From Opitutales bacterium (GTDB taxonomy: Bacteria; Verrucomicrobiota; Verrucomicrobiia; Opitutales; JABSRG01), in NCBI GenBank assembly GCA_049599475.1, contig JBMYOQ010000005.1, positions 74,883 through 138,882 on the forward strand: a DNA stretch of 64,000 bases. The letters are read 5' to 3'. The translations under genes were made by a program, and so were the position numbers. How positions within the stretch are numbered: position 1 is the stretch's first letter; each line of letters opens with the position of its first letter. The notes under the pieces are model-generated. The model saw only the letters and a list, made by a program, of their open reading frames with translations. It was not told the DNA's origin and did no database searches. Below, piece after piece: positions 17,286 to 34,641 of the stretch.

Positions 17286-19847
17286 ATGAGCATTTTCGCG
17301 CGAAGATTTTTTGAGCTTTGGATCCTCGTAGGAGTATCCTCGGTTCTTTGGGCGACTCCGCTTGTTGAGGGTGAGGATGTATTAATCTCATCGGAGCCCA
17401 CGGCGGATCTATTGAAGGAAGCTCTGGAGCTCGGTCTGCCGGAAGCGGATGCGTTTCTGGCGGCTGAATTGGAAAAGGAGGGCTTATCCGAGCTGGATAG
17501 GGTCAGCCTCCTGGTGGAGAGAATGGCTTTGGCGATTCAGCTCAATGACTGGACGAAGGCCGCCGCAATCTCGGAGGAATTTCCCGAGGATGGCCCGTTA
17601 CAGACTGTGCGTCGGCTTCTCAGCGCGATGCTTTGGTGGGGTGAGCGCGATGTTGCAGAGGCACAGAAGCTCCTAGGGGAAATCGAAGGGTGGCGCTTAG
17701 GTGCTCGATGGCGCGCATGGTATTGGGTCCTCGATGGGATGATTTCTGAGCATCGCAATGAATTGGCGAAATCAGCGGAGAGTTACGACAAGGCCTTGGA
17801 GCATGCGCGAGAGGATCAATTGCCATTTTTGGAGCTCCTCGTTGAAAGAAACAAAATCCTTATAGATGGCTCATCGGAAGGGGTTGAGACGGATCTCCTG
17901 ATAAGGATGAGGGAGTTCTCTGGGGAGGCGATCGCTCACCAATTTGCGGAGCAGTTGATGTTTTCATATGTGCGCCGAGGCGCATACGACGAAGCATTGG
18001 CTCTTCTAGAGGAACGCCGTGCTTTTATTTTGCTGCCCCGGGATCAGAACTATTTGGATAAATTTAGGCTTTTTGAGGCGCTTGTCTTGGAGGAAAGCGG
18101 TCAGGAAAATGTAGCTGCATTGGTGCAGCTTTTGGGGTCTGGGCAGACGCCGCGAGTGCTTCGTCAGGGGCTGGAGATGCTTTTGGCGCAGAAGGAAGCT
18201 TTGCCTGCGGATGTGGACCTTGCTGCATTGTTGACGCGCTGGTCTGAGCAGCTGCCAGTGCATCCCATTCAGGTTGATATTCTGAATGGCTTGGCGGTGC
18301 TGGCATTGGTCGAAGAGAGGTTTCCCTTAGCTCGGCAGGCGGCTGAGGTGATTATCGAAGAATATCCTGGTTCTGAGAAGGTGGCCTCAGCGATGCAGAT
18401 ATTGGCCTGGGCAGACTGGGATGAAGGGGCTTATCGCTCGGCGGCAGTCTGGTTTGAAAAGCTACGGAACCTAGAAGCGAGAGGTTCAGAAAAAGCCCTG
18501 CTGGCTGCTAAAGTCGCGGATGCTTATTTCCTCGCGGGGGACTATGAGCTTGCGGCTGGAAGCTACGCGCAGGCCTTGCAGAAGCGTTCTGCGGTCGGGG
18601 AAATGTGGCCGACGTTGCAGTATCAGAGGATTTTGAGCTTATTGCGCGCGGATGCGATTGATCAGGCGATCGCAGCTATCAAGGACTATCCCGATGGTTG
18701 GGCGGGCGAAGCAGAGGAACTGCGTTGGCGGTTGGAGTGGAATGTGGCTGTGCAGTTATCACGCGGCGGTAATCGTGAAGATGCGCAGTCGCGGGTTGAG
18801 CGCCTCTTGGAAGAAGGAGGTTTGCCGGAGTCTCTGGGTTCGCGTTTTGAGTGGCTGAATGTGCGCTTGCTGTTTGATCTGGGCCGCTATGAAAGCGTGA
18901 TTGCGCGGGCGGACCGGGTGCTTGGGGGTGCTAATGCAGAATCCGCTTTTGGGCCTGAGGTGAGTGCTGAGCTTATGCTGGTGCGTTCGCGGGCAGAGTT
19001 GCGCACAGGCGAAGATGTGGATGTCGTTATTGCCGAATTGGAATCGATTCGGACTCAATTTCCTGAGACTGAGGCCGCTCCTGAAACGCTCTGGATCGCG
19101 AGTCGGATGCTTTCGCAGCAGGGGCGTTTGATTGATGCAGAGGAGGCCATGAATCAGTTGGCCGCCGAGTATGCGGGCACTCAGTGGTCACGTATGGCTT
19201 TGTTTGAGTCGGCGGATTTGGCGGAGGCTCGAGAGGATTTTGAGCAGGCTGCAAGTCGCTTGGAGGACTTTGTTCAGGAGTCTCCGCAAGACCCATTGGC
19301 ATTTACTGCGCGCTTGAACCAAGCTGATTTGTTGCGAAAGACGGGCGACTTTGATGAGGCGCGCGTGCTCTTGGATTCTGTTTTGCAGGCATTTCCTGGT
19401 CATCCGGAACGTTTCCTGGCTGAAATGATTCGGGCGGACATTTTGGCCGCAGGTTCGGGCGAAAACCGTTTGGAGAGTGCAATCTCTGCCTATGGCCGAC
19501 TCCTAGACCTCCCTGGCTTACCGGCTGACCTCCTCTTGGAGGCTCGGTTTAAGCTGGGTAAAGTGCACGAGCGTCTTGGTGATAAGGAGTCTGCGATTCG
19601 CGAATGGCTAGAGGCTGCGCTGAAATTTGAGGAGGCGACTGACGGAGCATTTGTGAACGGGCCTTATTGGGTCTCTCGCAGCCTATTGGAAATCGCGCGA
19701 ATTTCAGAGGAACAGCAAAACATTGAGGCGGCTAAGGGGGCCTTGGGGCGTTTGATAGCTCTGGGTTTACCTGGAACCGCTGCGGCAAACTCGGCGCTTC
19801 AACGCTTGCGTAGCCCACTTGTAGGGCTCAATTCTGTGTCACCCTAA
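17286..19847 (+). CDS. Exported tetratricopeptide-repeat protein
   Basis: Signal-like N-terminus from ATG 17286; repeated A/L-rich helices ending in YP/FP turns (EEYPGS, TQFPET, QAFPGH); TAATG overlap with the next gene. Confidence 0.8.
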   Translation: MSIFARRFFELWILVGVSSVLWATPLVEGEDVLISSEPTADLLKEALELGLPEADAFLAAELEKEGLSELDRVSLLVERMALAIQLNDWTKAAAISEEFPEDGPLQTVRRLLSAMLWWGERDVAEAQKLLGEIEGWRLGARWRAWYWVLDGMISEHRNELAKSAESYDKALEHAREDQLPFLELLVERNKILIDGSSEGVETDLLIRMREFSGEAIAHQFAEQLMFSYVRRGAYDEALALLEERRAFILLPRDQNYLDKFRLFEALVLEESGQENVAALVQLLGSGQTPRVLRQGLEMLLAQKEALPADVDLAALLTRWSEQLPVHPIQVDILNGLAVLALVEERFPLARQAAEVIIEEYPGSEKVASAMQILAWADWDEGAYRSAAVWFEKLRNLEARGSEKALLAAKVADAYFLAGDYELAAGSYAQALQKRSAVGEMWPTLQYQRILSLLRADAIDQAIAAIKDYPDGWAGEAEELRWRLEWNVAVQLSRGGNREDAQSRVERLLEEGGLPESLGSRFEWLNVRLLFDLGRYESVIARADRVLGGANAESAFGPEVSAELMLVRSRAELRTGEDVDVVIAELESIRTQFPETEAAPETLWIASRMLSQQGRLIDAEEAMNQLAAEYAGTQWSRMALFESADLAEAREDFEQAASRLEDFVQESPQDPLAFTARLNQADLLRKTGDFDEARVLLDSVLQAFPGHPERFLAEMIRADILAAGSGENRLESAISAYGRLLDLPGLPADLLLEARFKLGKVHERLGDKESAIREWLEAALKFEEATDGAFVNGPYWVSRSLLEIARISEEQQNIEAAKGALGRLIALGLPGTAAANSALQRLRSPLVGLNSVSP

Positions 19848-20506
19848 TGGATAATTTTTATCAACTTTGGCAAGCGGGCGGTCCGATGCTCTGGGTAATG
19901 GCCCTGATGAGTATTATCGGAGCATTCTGTTTTTTGGAGCGGTTCCTCTATTTGCGGAAGTGCACCTTGGCTCGTGCGACCTTCACAAGCGGACTGTATA
20001 ATCTGGTTGAAAAAGGGCGCTTGCTTGAGGCTTTGACGGTTTGCCAGGAAAATCCGGGCCCGATTCCTCCGGTGATGCGTGCGGGGTTGTTGAATTTTAA
20101 AGAAAATACTGAGAAGATTGCGGCTTCGATGCGCGAGGCTGCTTTGCTTCAGGTGCCCTTGTTGGAGCGTCGGATTTCAACGCTTAATTGGGTTGCGAAG
20201 ATGGCACCCTTGGTGGGCTTGCTGGGGACCGCGATTCCGCTGGTCAATACGTTTATCTTGATGGGTGCGCAGGGACCTTATGCGAGTAGTGATCTGTTTA
20301 TCGGAGAGGTCGGTGAGGCATTGATCACGACTGCAGTTGGTATCTTTGTCGCGATCATGGCGATGAGCTCCTGGTACTGGGTGGATGGTAAGGTGAAGTT
20401 TCTTCTGCAAGAGATGGAGCTGGCTGCGGCCGAGTTTTTGGAATTTCGCCTCAAGATGGAGTTGCGGTTGGACTCGTTGCCTGAGGAGGCTGCGGTTGAG
20501 GGATGA
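19847..20506 (+). CDS. exbB: MotA/TolQ/ExbB proton channel protein
   Basis: GGPMLW, ERFLYL, APLVGLLGT, EALITTAVG. Confidence 0.85.
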   Translation: MDNFYQLWQAGGPMLWVMALMSIIGAFCFLERFLYLRKCTLARATFTSGLYNLVEKGRLLEALTVCQENPGPIPPVMRAGLLNFKENTEKIAASMREAALLQVPLLERRISTLNWVAKMAPLVGLLGTAIPLVNTFILMGAQGPYASSDLFIGEVGEALITTAVGIFVAIMAMSSWYWVDGKVKFLLQEMELAAAEFLEFRLKMELRLDSLPEEAAVEG

Positions 20507-20976
20507 GTTCTGAACTCCAGATGAGCGTCCGGCCTGTATTGGGGGTCGAGGCGGCTCGCCGGTATCGTAAGCTCGGCTGGAGTTGGCTGGCGATTTTGGA
20601 TTTCGTAGTGATCGGGGGGCTGATGGGATTCGTGCATTCCGATCTGATTTTCGCCCCCGGCCAGTCGATAGAATTGCCGCGATCCGGGAATGTGGAAAGT
20701 CGTCGCATCGAGGCGGTGCTTACAGTATCCGGGGACCTCTATTTGTTTGATGGTCAAGTCTTTCGTGCGGAAAACATCGAGGATGGTTTTAAAGCCTTCT
20801 TTGAAGAGAATGAGAAGTTGAAGGGGCGCTCAACGATTCTAATTAAGATGGATGCGCAGGCGCCCTCTCGTGCGCTGCTGGATGTCTGTGAACAGGCGCA
20901 AACGGCAGGATTTGCTGCGGTGCACGTGGCTGAGAATCCCGAAGAAGAAACGACGAACTCGGTATTTCCCAATTAG
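20503..20976 (+). CDS. exbD: ExbD/TolR biopolymer transport protein
   Basis: TM helix with Asp (AILDFVV), IELP, ILIKMDAQAP...AQTAG; ATGA overlap with exbB. Confidence 0.75.
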   Translation: MSSELQMSVRPVLGVEAARRYRKLGWSWLAILDFVVIGGLMGFVHSDLIFAPGQSIELPRSGNVESRRIEAVLTVSGDLYLFDGQVFRAENIEDGFKAFFEENEKLKGRSTILIKMDAQAPSRALLDVCEQAQTAGFAAVHVAENPEEETTNSVFPN

Positions 20977-20984
20977 GGCGGGGT

Positions 20985-21719
20985 ATGGGTGTCTCAAGGC
21001 GAGTTCTTTGGATTCTGCTTCCTGTGATCCTGGTGGGGCACGGTGCAGCGTTTTGGTTTCTGGCAACCGGCGTAGAGTTCGGAGAGGCTGGGTCTGATGT
21101 AGAGGCTCATGCTGCAGGTGTCTTTTTCGCGTCCGAATCCATGTTTCAGCAGGATGCTGTAGCTCAGGATATTTCAGAATTGTTCGATACGGCGCCTCTG
21201 TTTCTGCCGACGCGTTACAATTATACTACTCAGGCGTTGCAGGTAGATGTTGAGCAGGCGGATGGGGCAGGTTTTCAGGCATACGAGTCTTTGCTGGTCG
21301 AAGGCTCCGAAGCTCAGCCGGATTTCCTCGGTAATTTGGGGCGCGGTGATGTCTGGCTGGATTGGACCGCTCCGCAATGGCCTCGCGGGGGCACTCCATT
21401 GCCGCAGGTAAGTGAGCGTAGTCCTGCATTTCACGTGAAAGTCCTGGCGGGTGATGGGGAAGTTGTCGGAATGCGCGTCGGTTCGGTGGACGAAGCTATA
21501 GAATCAGCATTTCAAGAATCGTGGCGCCCTGTTGTGATTGCCGCGGCTTATGATGAGTTGGGGCCGGTCGGATTTCCGCGTCTTATAGAGTCAAGTGGTA
21601 GCTCTGAGGTCGACCAATGGCTTGTTGAACGGGTGGACCGGACCGCTGCAGACTGGCTTCCGAGGGCTGGAGGATGGCTTCGTTTCGTGGTTTCTCCCTG
21701 GATCGGCTCGGATATTTGA
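20985..21719 (+). CDS. TonB/TolA-like membrane-anchored protein
   Basis: N-terminal TM with His (LVGHGAAFWF) and C-terminal IESSGSSEVDQ resembling TonB_C; follows exbBD. Confidence 0.5.
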   Translation: MGVSRRVLWILLPVILVGHGAAFWFLATGVEFGEAGSDVEAHAAGVFFASESMFQQDAVAQDISELFDTAPLFLPTRYNYTTQALQVDVEQADGAGFQAYESLLVEGSEAQPDFLGNLGRGDVWLDWTAPQWPRGGTPLPQVSERSPAFHVKVLAGDGEVVGMRVGSVDEAIESAFQESWRPVVIAAAYDELGPVGFPRLIESSGSSEVDQWLVERVDRTAADWLPRAGGWLRFVVSPWIGSDI

Positions 21720-21759
21720 CGAGAGCTGACGTTTTAACGGTTTTTGTACCAATTTGATA

Positions 21760-21788
21760 TTGACGGACTTTCCCCCGAAACCCAGATT
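21760..21788 (+). promoter_or_regulatory. Candidate sigma70 promoter of the tRNA-Thr/tuf operon
   Basis: TTGACG-N17-CAGATT ending 32 nt upstream of the tRNA. Confidence 0.5.
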
Positions 21789-21820
21789 CCTACGCTTTCC
21801 CAAATTATCAGCACTTTTCA

Positions 21821-21896
<76 letters not shown>

Positions 21897-21931
21897 GACA
21901 AACTTCTTAAATATAACAACCTCTAACATCC

Positions 21932-23122
<1,191 letters not shown>

Positions 23123-23147
23123 GCTTTTACCGATAGTTACTTTTACC

Positions 23148-23179
23148 AGGCCGGACCTTCCAATTTGGGGGTCCGGCTT
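23148..23179 (+). terminator. Hairpin after tuf (terminator or processing signal)
   Basis: AGGCCGGACCTTC...GGGGGTCCGGCTT stem; weak U-tail. Confidence 0.5.
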
Positions 23180-23202
23180 ACCCTTTCTAAAAGCACAGTT
23201 AC

Positions 23203-23278
23203 AGGAGAGTAGTTCAATTGGTAGAGCAGCGGTCTCCAAAACCGCAAGTTGGGGGTTCGAATCCCTCCTCTCCTGCCA
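23203..23278 (+). tRNA. tRNA-Trp(CCA)
   Basis: Acceptor AGGAGAG/CTCTCCT, anticodon arm GCGGT-CTCCAAA-ACCGC, TTCGAAT T-loop, encoded CCA; 76 nt. Confidence 0.97.
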
Positions 23279-23287
23279 TTTTATAAA

Positions 23288-23491
23288 ATGAAAAACCCAT
23301 TTCAGAGCATCCGCATTTTCTGGGGAGAAATGATCCGTGAGCTTAAGAAGGCATCATGGCCCTCCTTCAAGGAATTGAGAAATAACACCGTAATCGTGCT
23401 GATCGCTATTGCGCTCCTGGGTGTATTTACGAGCGTCTCCGATTTCGCGCTTCTGAATATTGTCGAGTTTTTCACCAATTTAGTCAGCTAA
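23288..23491 (+). CDS. secE: Preprotein translocase subunit SecE
   Basis: ELKKASWP motif plus one TM; lies between tRNA-Trp and nusG; ATG at 23288. Confidence 0.93.
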   Translation: MKNPFQSIRIFWGEMIRELKKASWPSFKELRNNTVIVLIAIALLGVFTSVSDFALLNIVEFFTNLVS

Positions 23492-23518
23492 GGCCTTGGC
23501 CTTAATCCCCATTTATTT

Positions 23519-24088
23519 ATGCCCTTAAGTGGTCCACAGTGGTTTGCCGTTCAGTGCCTTTCTAATCAAGAGGCGAAGGCTAAGAAGTATCTCGATAAGT
23601 TCATCGCCATCGAAGAGATGGGTGAGTTTGTATTCGAGGTCTTGATGCCGGAAGAAACTGTTACTGAAGTTAAGAATGGCAAGAAGACCCAGCGTCGCCG
23701 GAAGTTCTATCCAGGCTACATCTTTGTGCACATGCGTCTGTTTGACGACGATGGCAAGCTCCTCCAAGAGCCGTGGTACTTCGTTCGCGAAGCGCAAGGG
23801 GTGATCAATTTTGTGGGCGGAGAACGTCCGGTGCCTCTAAAAAAGGCAGAGATCGATCGTATCCTCACGCAGGCCCAAGAAGCAGAAGGCAAGGAAGTGC
23901 CAAAGGTCACTTACGAGGTCGGCGAAGAGGTCAAAGTCAACGACGGACCGTTTGCTTCTATGACCGGCCGGGTCGACGAGGTCGAGCCAGACAAGGGCAA
24001 GCTCAAGGTGTCGGTATCTATCTTTGGCCGTTTCACTCCAGTCGAACTCGAATACTGGCAGGTCGAACGCCACATCGAAGAGGAATAA
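23519..24088 (+). CDS. nusG: Transcription elongation factor NusG
   Basis: WFAVQ, FYPGYIFV, KOW motif DGPFASMTG, SIFGRFTPVEL. Confidence 0.97.
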   Translation: MPLSGPQWFAVQCLSNQEAKAKKYLDKFIAIEEMGEFVFEVLMPEETVTEVKNGKKTQRRRKFYPGYIFVHMRLFDDDGKLLQEPWYFVREAQGVINFVGGERPVPLKKAEIDRILTQAQEAEGKEVPKVTYEVGEEVKVNDGPFASMTGRVDEVEPDKGKLKVSVSIFGRFTPVELEYWQVERHIEEE

Positions 24089-24110
24089 ATTTCATCACGA
24101 CTCATTAACT

Positions 24111-24142
24111 TTGGTTTGAGGTCTTTAGGGATTTCAAACCGG
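24111..24142 (+). promoter_or_regulatory. Hairpin in the rplK leader
   Basis: TTGGTTTGAGGTCT/GGATTTCAAACCGG stem with several G-U pairs that only work on the + strand RNA; function not determined. Confidence 0.35.
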
Positions 24143-24159
24143 TCGAGATACAAACCAAC

Positions 24160-24582
24160 ATGTCAAAAAAAATCACAGGAACCATCCGTTTGCAGCTCCC
24201 AGCAGGTGCCGCCAATCCCGCTCCTCCCGTAGGTCCGGCTTTGGGTGCCAAGGGTGTAAACATCATGGGCTTCTGTAAGGAGTTCAACGCGCGGACAAAG
24301 GACCAAGCTGGAATGATTCTTCCGGTAGTCATCACCGTCTACGCAGACCGCTCCTTCACATTCATCCTTAAAAGCCCACCGGCTGCTATTCTTCTCAAGA
24401 AGGCTGCTGGATTGGCTAAGGGTTCAGGCGTTCCAAATCGCGATAAGGTAGGTACGGTTACTAAAGACCAAATCCTCGAAATCGTGAAGATTAAGGAAAA
24501 CGACCTGAACGCTAAGGATCCTGAAGCCGCAGCCCAAATGATCATCGGTACCGCGCGTAGCATGGGTATCGAAGTTGCATAA
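24160..24582 (+). CDS. rplK: 50S ribosomal protein L11
   Basis: [31 protein letters not shown]. Confidence 0.99.
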   Translation: MSKKITGTIRLQLPAGAANPAPPVGPALGAKGVNIMGFCKEFNARTKDQAGMILPVVITVYADRSFTFILKSPPAAILLKKAAGLAKGSGVPNRDKVGTVTKDQILEIVKIKENDLNAKDPEAAAQMIIGTARSMGIEVA

Positions 24583-24625
24583 CGAAACACACTGATCCAC
24601 ATCCGGATCTTAAATACTAACGAAA

Positions 24626-25318
24626 ATGGTAAAATTACACAAACGATACCAGAAAGCTCTTGAAGTCGGAGATCTGACTAAGACGCACTCTCTGGAAGAA
24701 GCCGTGTCGCTGCTCAAGCAGATGCCTTCGCCCAAGTTTGATGAGACCATCGAGCTCTCCGCTCACCTTCTGGTAGACCCACGTCAGAGTGACCAGATGG
24801 TGCGTGGCACCGTTTCCCTGCCTCACGGTAGTGGTAAGAAGGTGACTGTGCTTGTCTTCACAGACAATCCAGAAGACGCCCTCGCTGCTGGCGCAGATTA
24901 CGCCGGTCTAGAGGACATGCTCGAGAAGGTCAAAGGGGGCTGGCTCGATTTTGACAAAGCGATCGCTACACCTGCCGCGATGAAGGTCGTGCGCACCGTA
25001 GCTCGGGTCCTCGGACCCCGTGGTTTGATGCCGAACCCCAAGTCCGGCACTGTCACCGACGATATCCCAGCAGGCATTGAGGCTGTAAAGTCTGGCCAAG
25101 TTGAATACAAAATGGATAAGACAGCCAACGTATCGGTAGTCTGCGGAAAGAAGTCTTTCGACGCAGAGAAGATCGTGGCAAACGTGCAATCTGCGATCGA
25201 GTCGATCGGCAAGGCACGCCCTGATGTATTCAAGGGTCGCTATGTGAAGACCATGGCTATCTCTGGATCTATGAGTCCAAGTGTGAAGCTCGAGGCTTCT
25301 ACTTTTAACAACCTCTAA
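24626..25318 (+). CDS. rplA: 50S ribosomal protein L1
   Basis: KFDETIE, VRGTVSLPHGSGK, LGPRGLMPNPKSGTV. Confidence 0.99.
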   Translation: MVKLHKRYQKALEVGDLTKTHSLEEAVSLLKQMPSPKFDETIELSAHLLVDPRQSDQMVRGTVSLPHGSGKKVTVLVFTDNPEDALAAGADYAGLEDMLEKVKGGWLDFDKAIATPAAMKVVRTVARVLGPRGLMPNPKSGTVTDDIPAGIEAVKSGQVEYKMDKTANVSVVCGKKSFDAEKIVANVQSAIESIGKARPDVFKGRYVKTMAISGSMSPSVKLEASTFNNL

Positions 25319-25330
25319 GGATTACTTCTA

Positions 25331-25855
25331 ATGAGACCTGAAAAACAATTTCTCGTAGAAGAGGTAAATACGCAGCTCGATAAGTCTGACTACGTCTTTT
25401 TGACGAACTACAGCCGTATCACTGTGGAAGAGACCGAAGAGCTACGCAGCGCGCTTGCAGCGCACGGTGCTGAGTTCCACGTCGTGAAGAACAGCATCCT
25501 CAATGTAGCCGCTAAGGCACGCGAGCTTCCTGATATGAAGGACTGGCTCTCGGGCCCTACCGCAATTGTTGTCGGTGGAAACAACCCATCTGGAGTTGCG
25601 AAAGCCCTCGGCAAGTTCTTCAAGGACAAGGAAAAGGTAGAGCTCAAAGGTGGAGCGCTTTCTAACCGTTTGTTGAACACGGACGAGATCGAAGAATTGG
25701 CTAAGCTGCCAAGCCTCGACATCCTACGCGCTCAGCTCATGGGACTGCTCAATACACCTGCGCAAAGCATGGTCGGTGTGCTCAACGCTGTGCCAGTATC
25801 CGTCGTCAACCTTCTTCAGGCGAAAGTCGATCAAGAAGGCGGTTCCGACGCGTAA
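25331..25855 (+). CDS. rplJ: 50S ribosomal protein L10
   Basis: VVKNSIL, GPTAI, LAKLPS...LNTP; position between rplA and rplL. Confidence 0.97.
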   Translation: MRPEKQFLVEEVNTQLDKSDYVFLTNYSRITVEETEELRSALAAHGAEFHVVKNSILNVAAKARELPDMKDWLSGPTAIVVGGNNPSGVAKALGKFFKDKEKVELKGGALSNRLLNTDEIEELAKLPSLDILRAQLMGLLNTPAQSMVGVLNAVPVSVVNLLQAKVDQEGGSDA

Positions 25856-25866
25856 CATCATCTTTC

Positions 25867-25915
25867 GAACAAGCAGTGTGGGGAGCCTGCTTGTTCTTTA
25901 AAACAATCTCCCCAT
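25867..25915 (+). promoter_or_regulatory. Predicted H-type pseudoknot in the rplJ-rplL spacer
   Basis: Stem 1 GAACAAGCAG/CTGCTTGTTC (10 bp); loop TGGGGAG complementary to downstream CTCCCCA (25908-25914). Confidence 0.55.
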
Positions 25916-25998
25916 TTCAACAGTCCAAAGAACCCGGCTAGGGGAACACTCCTTAAACATCCCAGACACCTGAGATACCTACCATTCAAGGAAATATC

Positions 25999-26391
25999 AT
26001 GTCAGATATCACAAAAGACCAAGTAATCGACTGGCTCAGCTCACAATCAGTGCTCGAAGTAGCCGGTCTCGTAAAAGATCTCGAAGAGAAGTGGGGCGTT
26101 AGCGCTGCTGCTCCTGTAGCTGTAGCTGCTGCTCCTGGCGCTGCTGCTGGCGGAGGCGACGATGCACCTGCTGCTGAAAAGACTGAATTCGATGTTGTTC
26201 TCACAAGCTTCGGCGAGAAGAAGATCAACGTAATTAAGGAAGTTCGTGGAATCACTGGACTTGGCCTTAAAGAAGCTAAGGAACTCGTTGAAGGAGCTCC
26301 AAAGCCAGTCAAGGAAGCTGTCTCCAAGGACGAAGCGGAAGAGATCCAAAAGAAACTCGAAGCTGCAGGAGCTAAGGTCGAACTTAAGTAA
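25999..26391 (+). CDS. rplL: 50S ribosomal protein L7/L12
   Basis: [30 protein letters not shown]. Confidence 0.99.
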   Translation: MSDITKDQVIDWLSSQSVLEVAGLVKDLEEKWGVSAAAPVAVAAAPGAAAGGGDDAPAAEKTEFDVVLTSFGEKKINVIKEVRGITGLGLKEAKELVEGAPKPVKEAVSKDEAEEIQKKLEAAGAKVELK

Positions 26392-26434
26392 TCACCGACT
26401 GTCTTTGCATTTTAAGAACAACTCTTCTTTTTTT

Positions 26435-26560
26435 ACAGCTTTGCGCTCCGGTCAAATGACCGGCGCGCTCTGCTGTTTTTCAGTATCTACGCCCTATAAT
26501 ACCCCGAATCGATGAGATTACAGTGGGCCTCACGGCTCTGCCTAAGCCGTGATGCCCGCT
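26435..26560 (+). promoter_or_regulatory. Structured rplL-rpoB spacer: attenuator-like hairpin with U-run, then a second hairpin
   Basis: ACAGC..GCGC.CCGGTC/GACCGG.GCGC..GCTGT then TTTT (26435-26480); AGTGGGC.TCACGGCT/AGCCGTGA.GCCCGCT (26522-26560). Confidence 0.5.
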
Positions 26561-26599
26561 TTAAGTTCATCTGAATTTATTATAAATACACCAACCATC

Positions 26600-30373
<3,774 letters not shown>

Positions 30374-30397
30374 TACAATCGCAAACGCACACATTTA

Positions 30398-34519
<4,122 letters not shown>

Positions 34520-34548
34520 TCTCAACGAGAACTTCTGAGAATTATTTC

Positions 34549-34583
34549 AAAGCCTCGGACTCTTGAAGAGTTCGGGGCTTTTT
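34549..34583 (+). terminator. Rho-independent terminator after rpoC
   Basis: AAAGCCTCGGACTC-TTGAA-GAGTTCGGGGCTTT followed by T run. Confidence 0.85.
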
Positions 34584-34641
34584 CCTTTGATCAAATGAAC
34601 AGCCATTCATGGTTTAATAAATTGTATAGGACATTCGTTTA

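Noticed and set aside
25853..25999. Pseudoknot-stimulated readthrough making an L10-L12 fusion
   Set aside because: The 143-nt spacer puts rplL out of frame with rplJ
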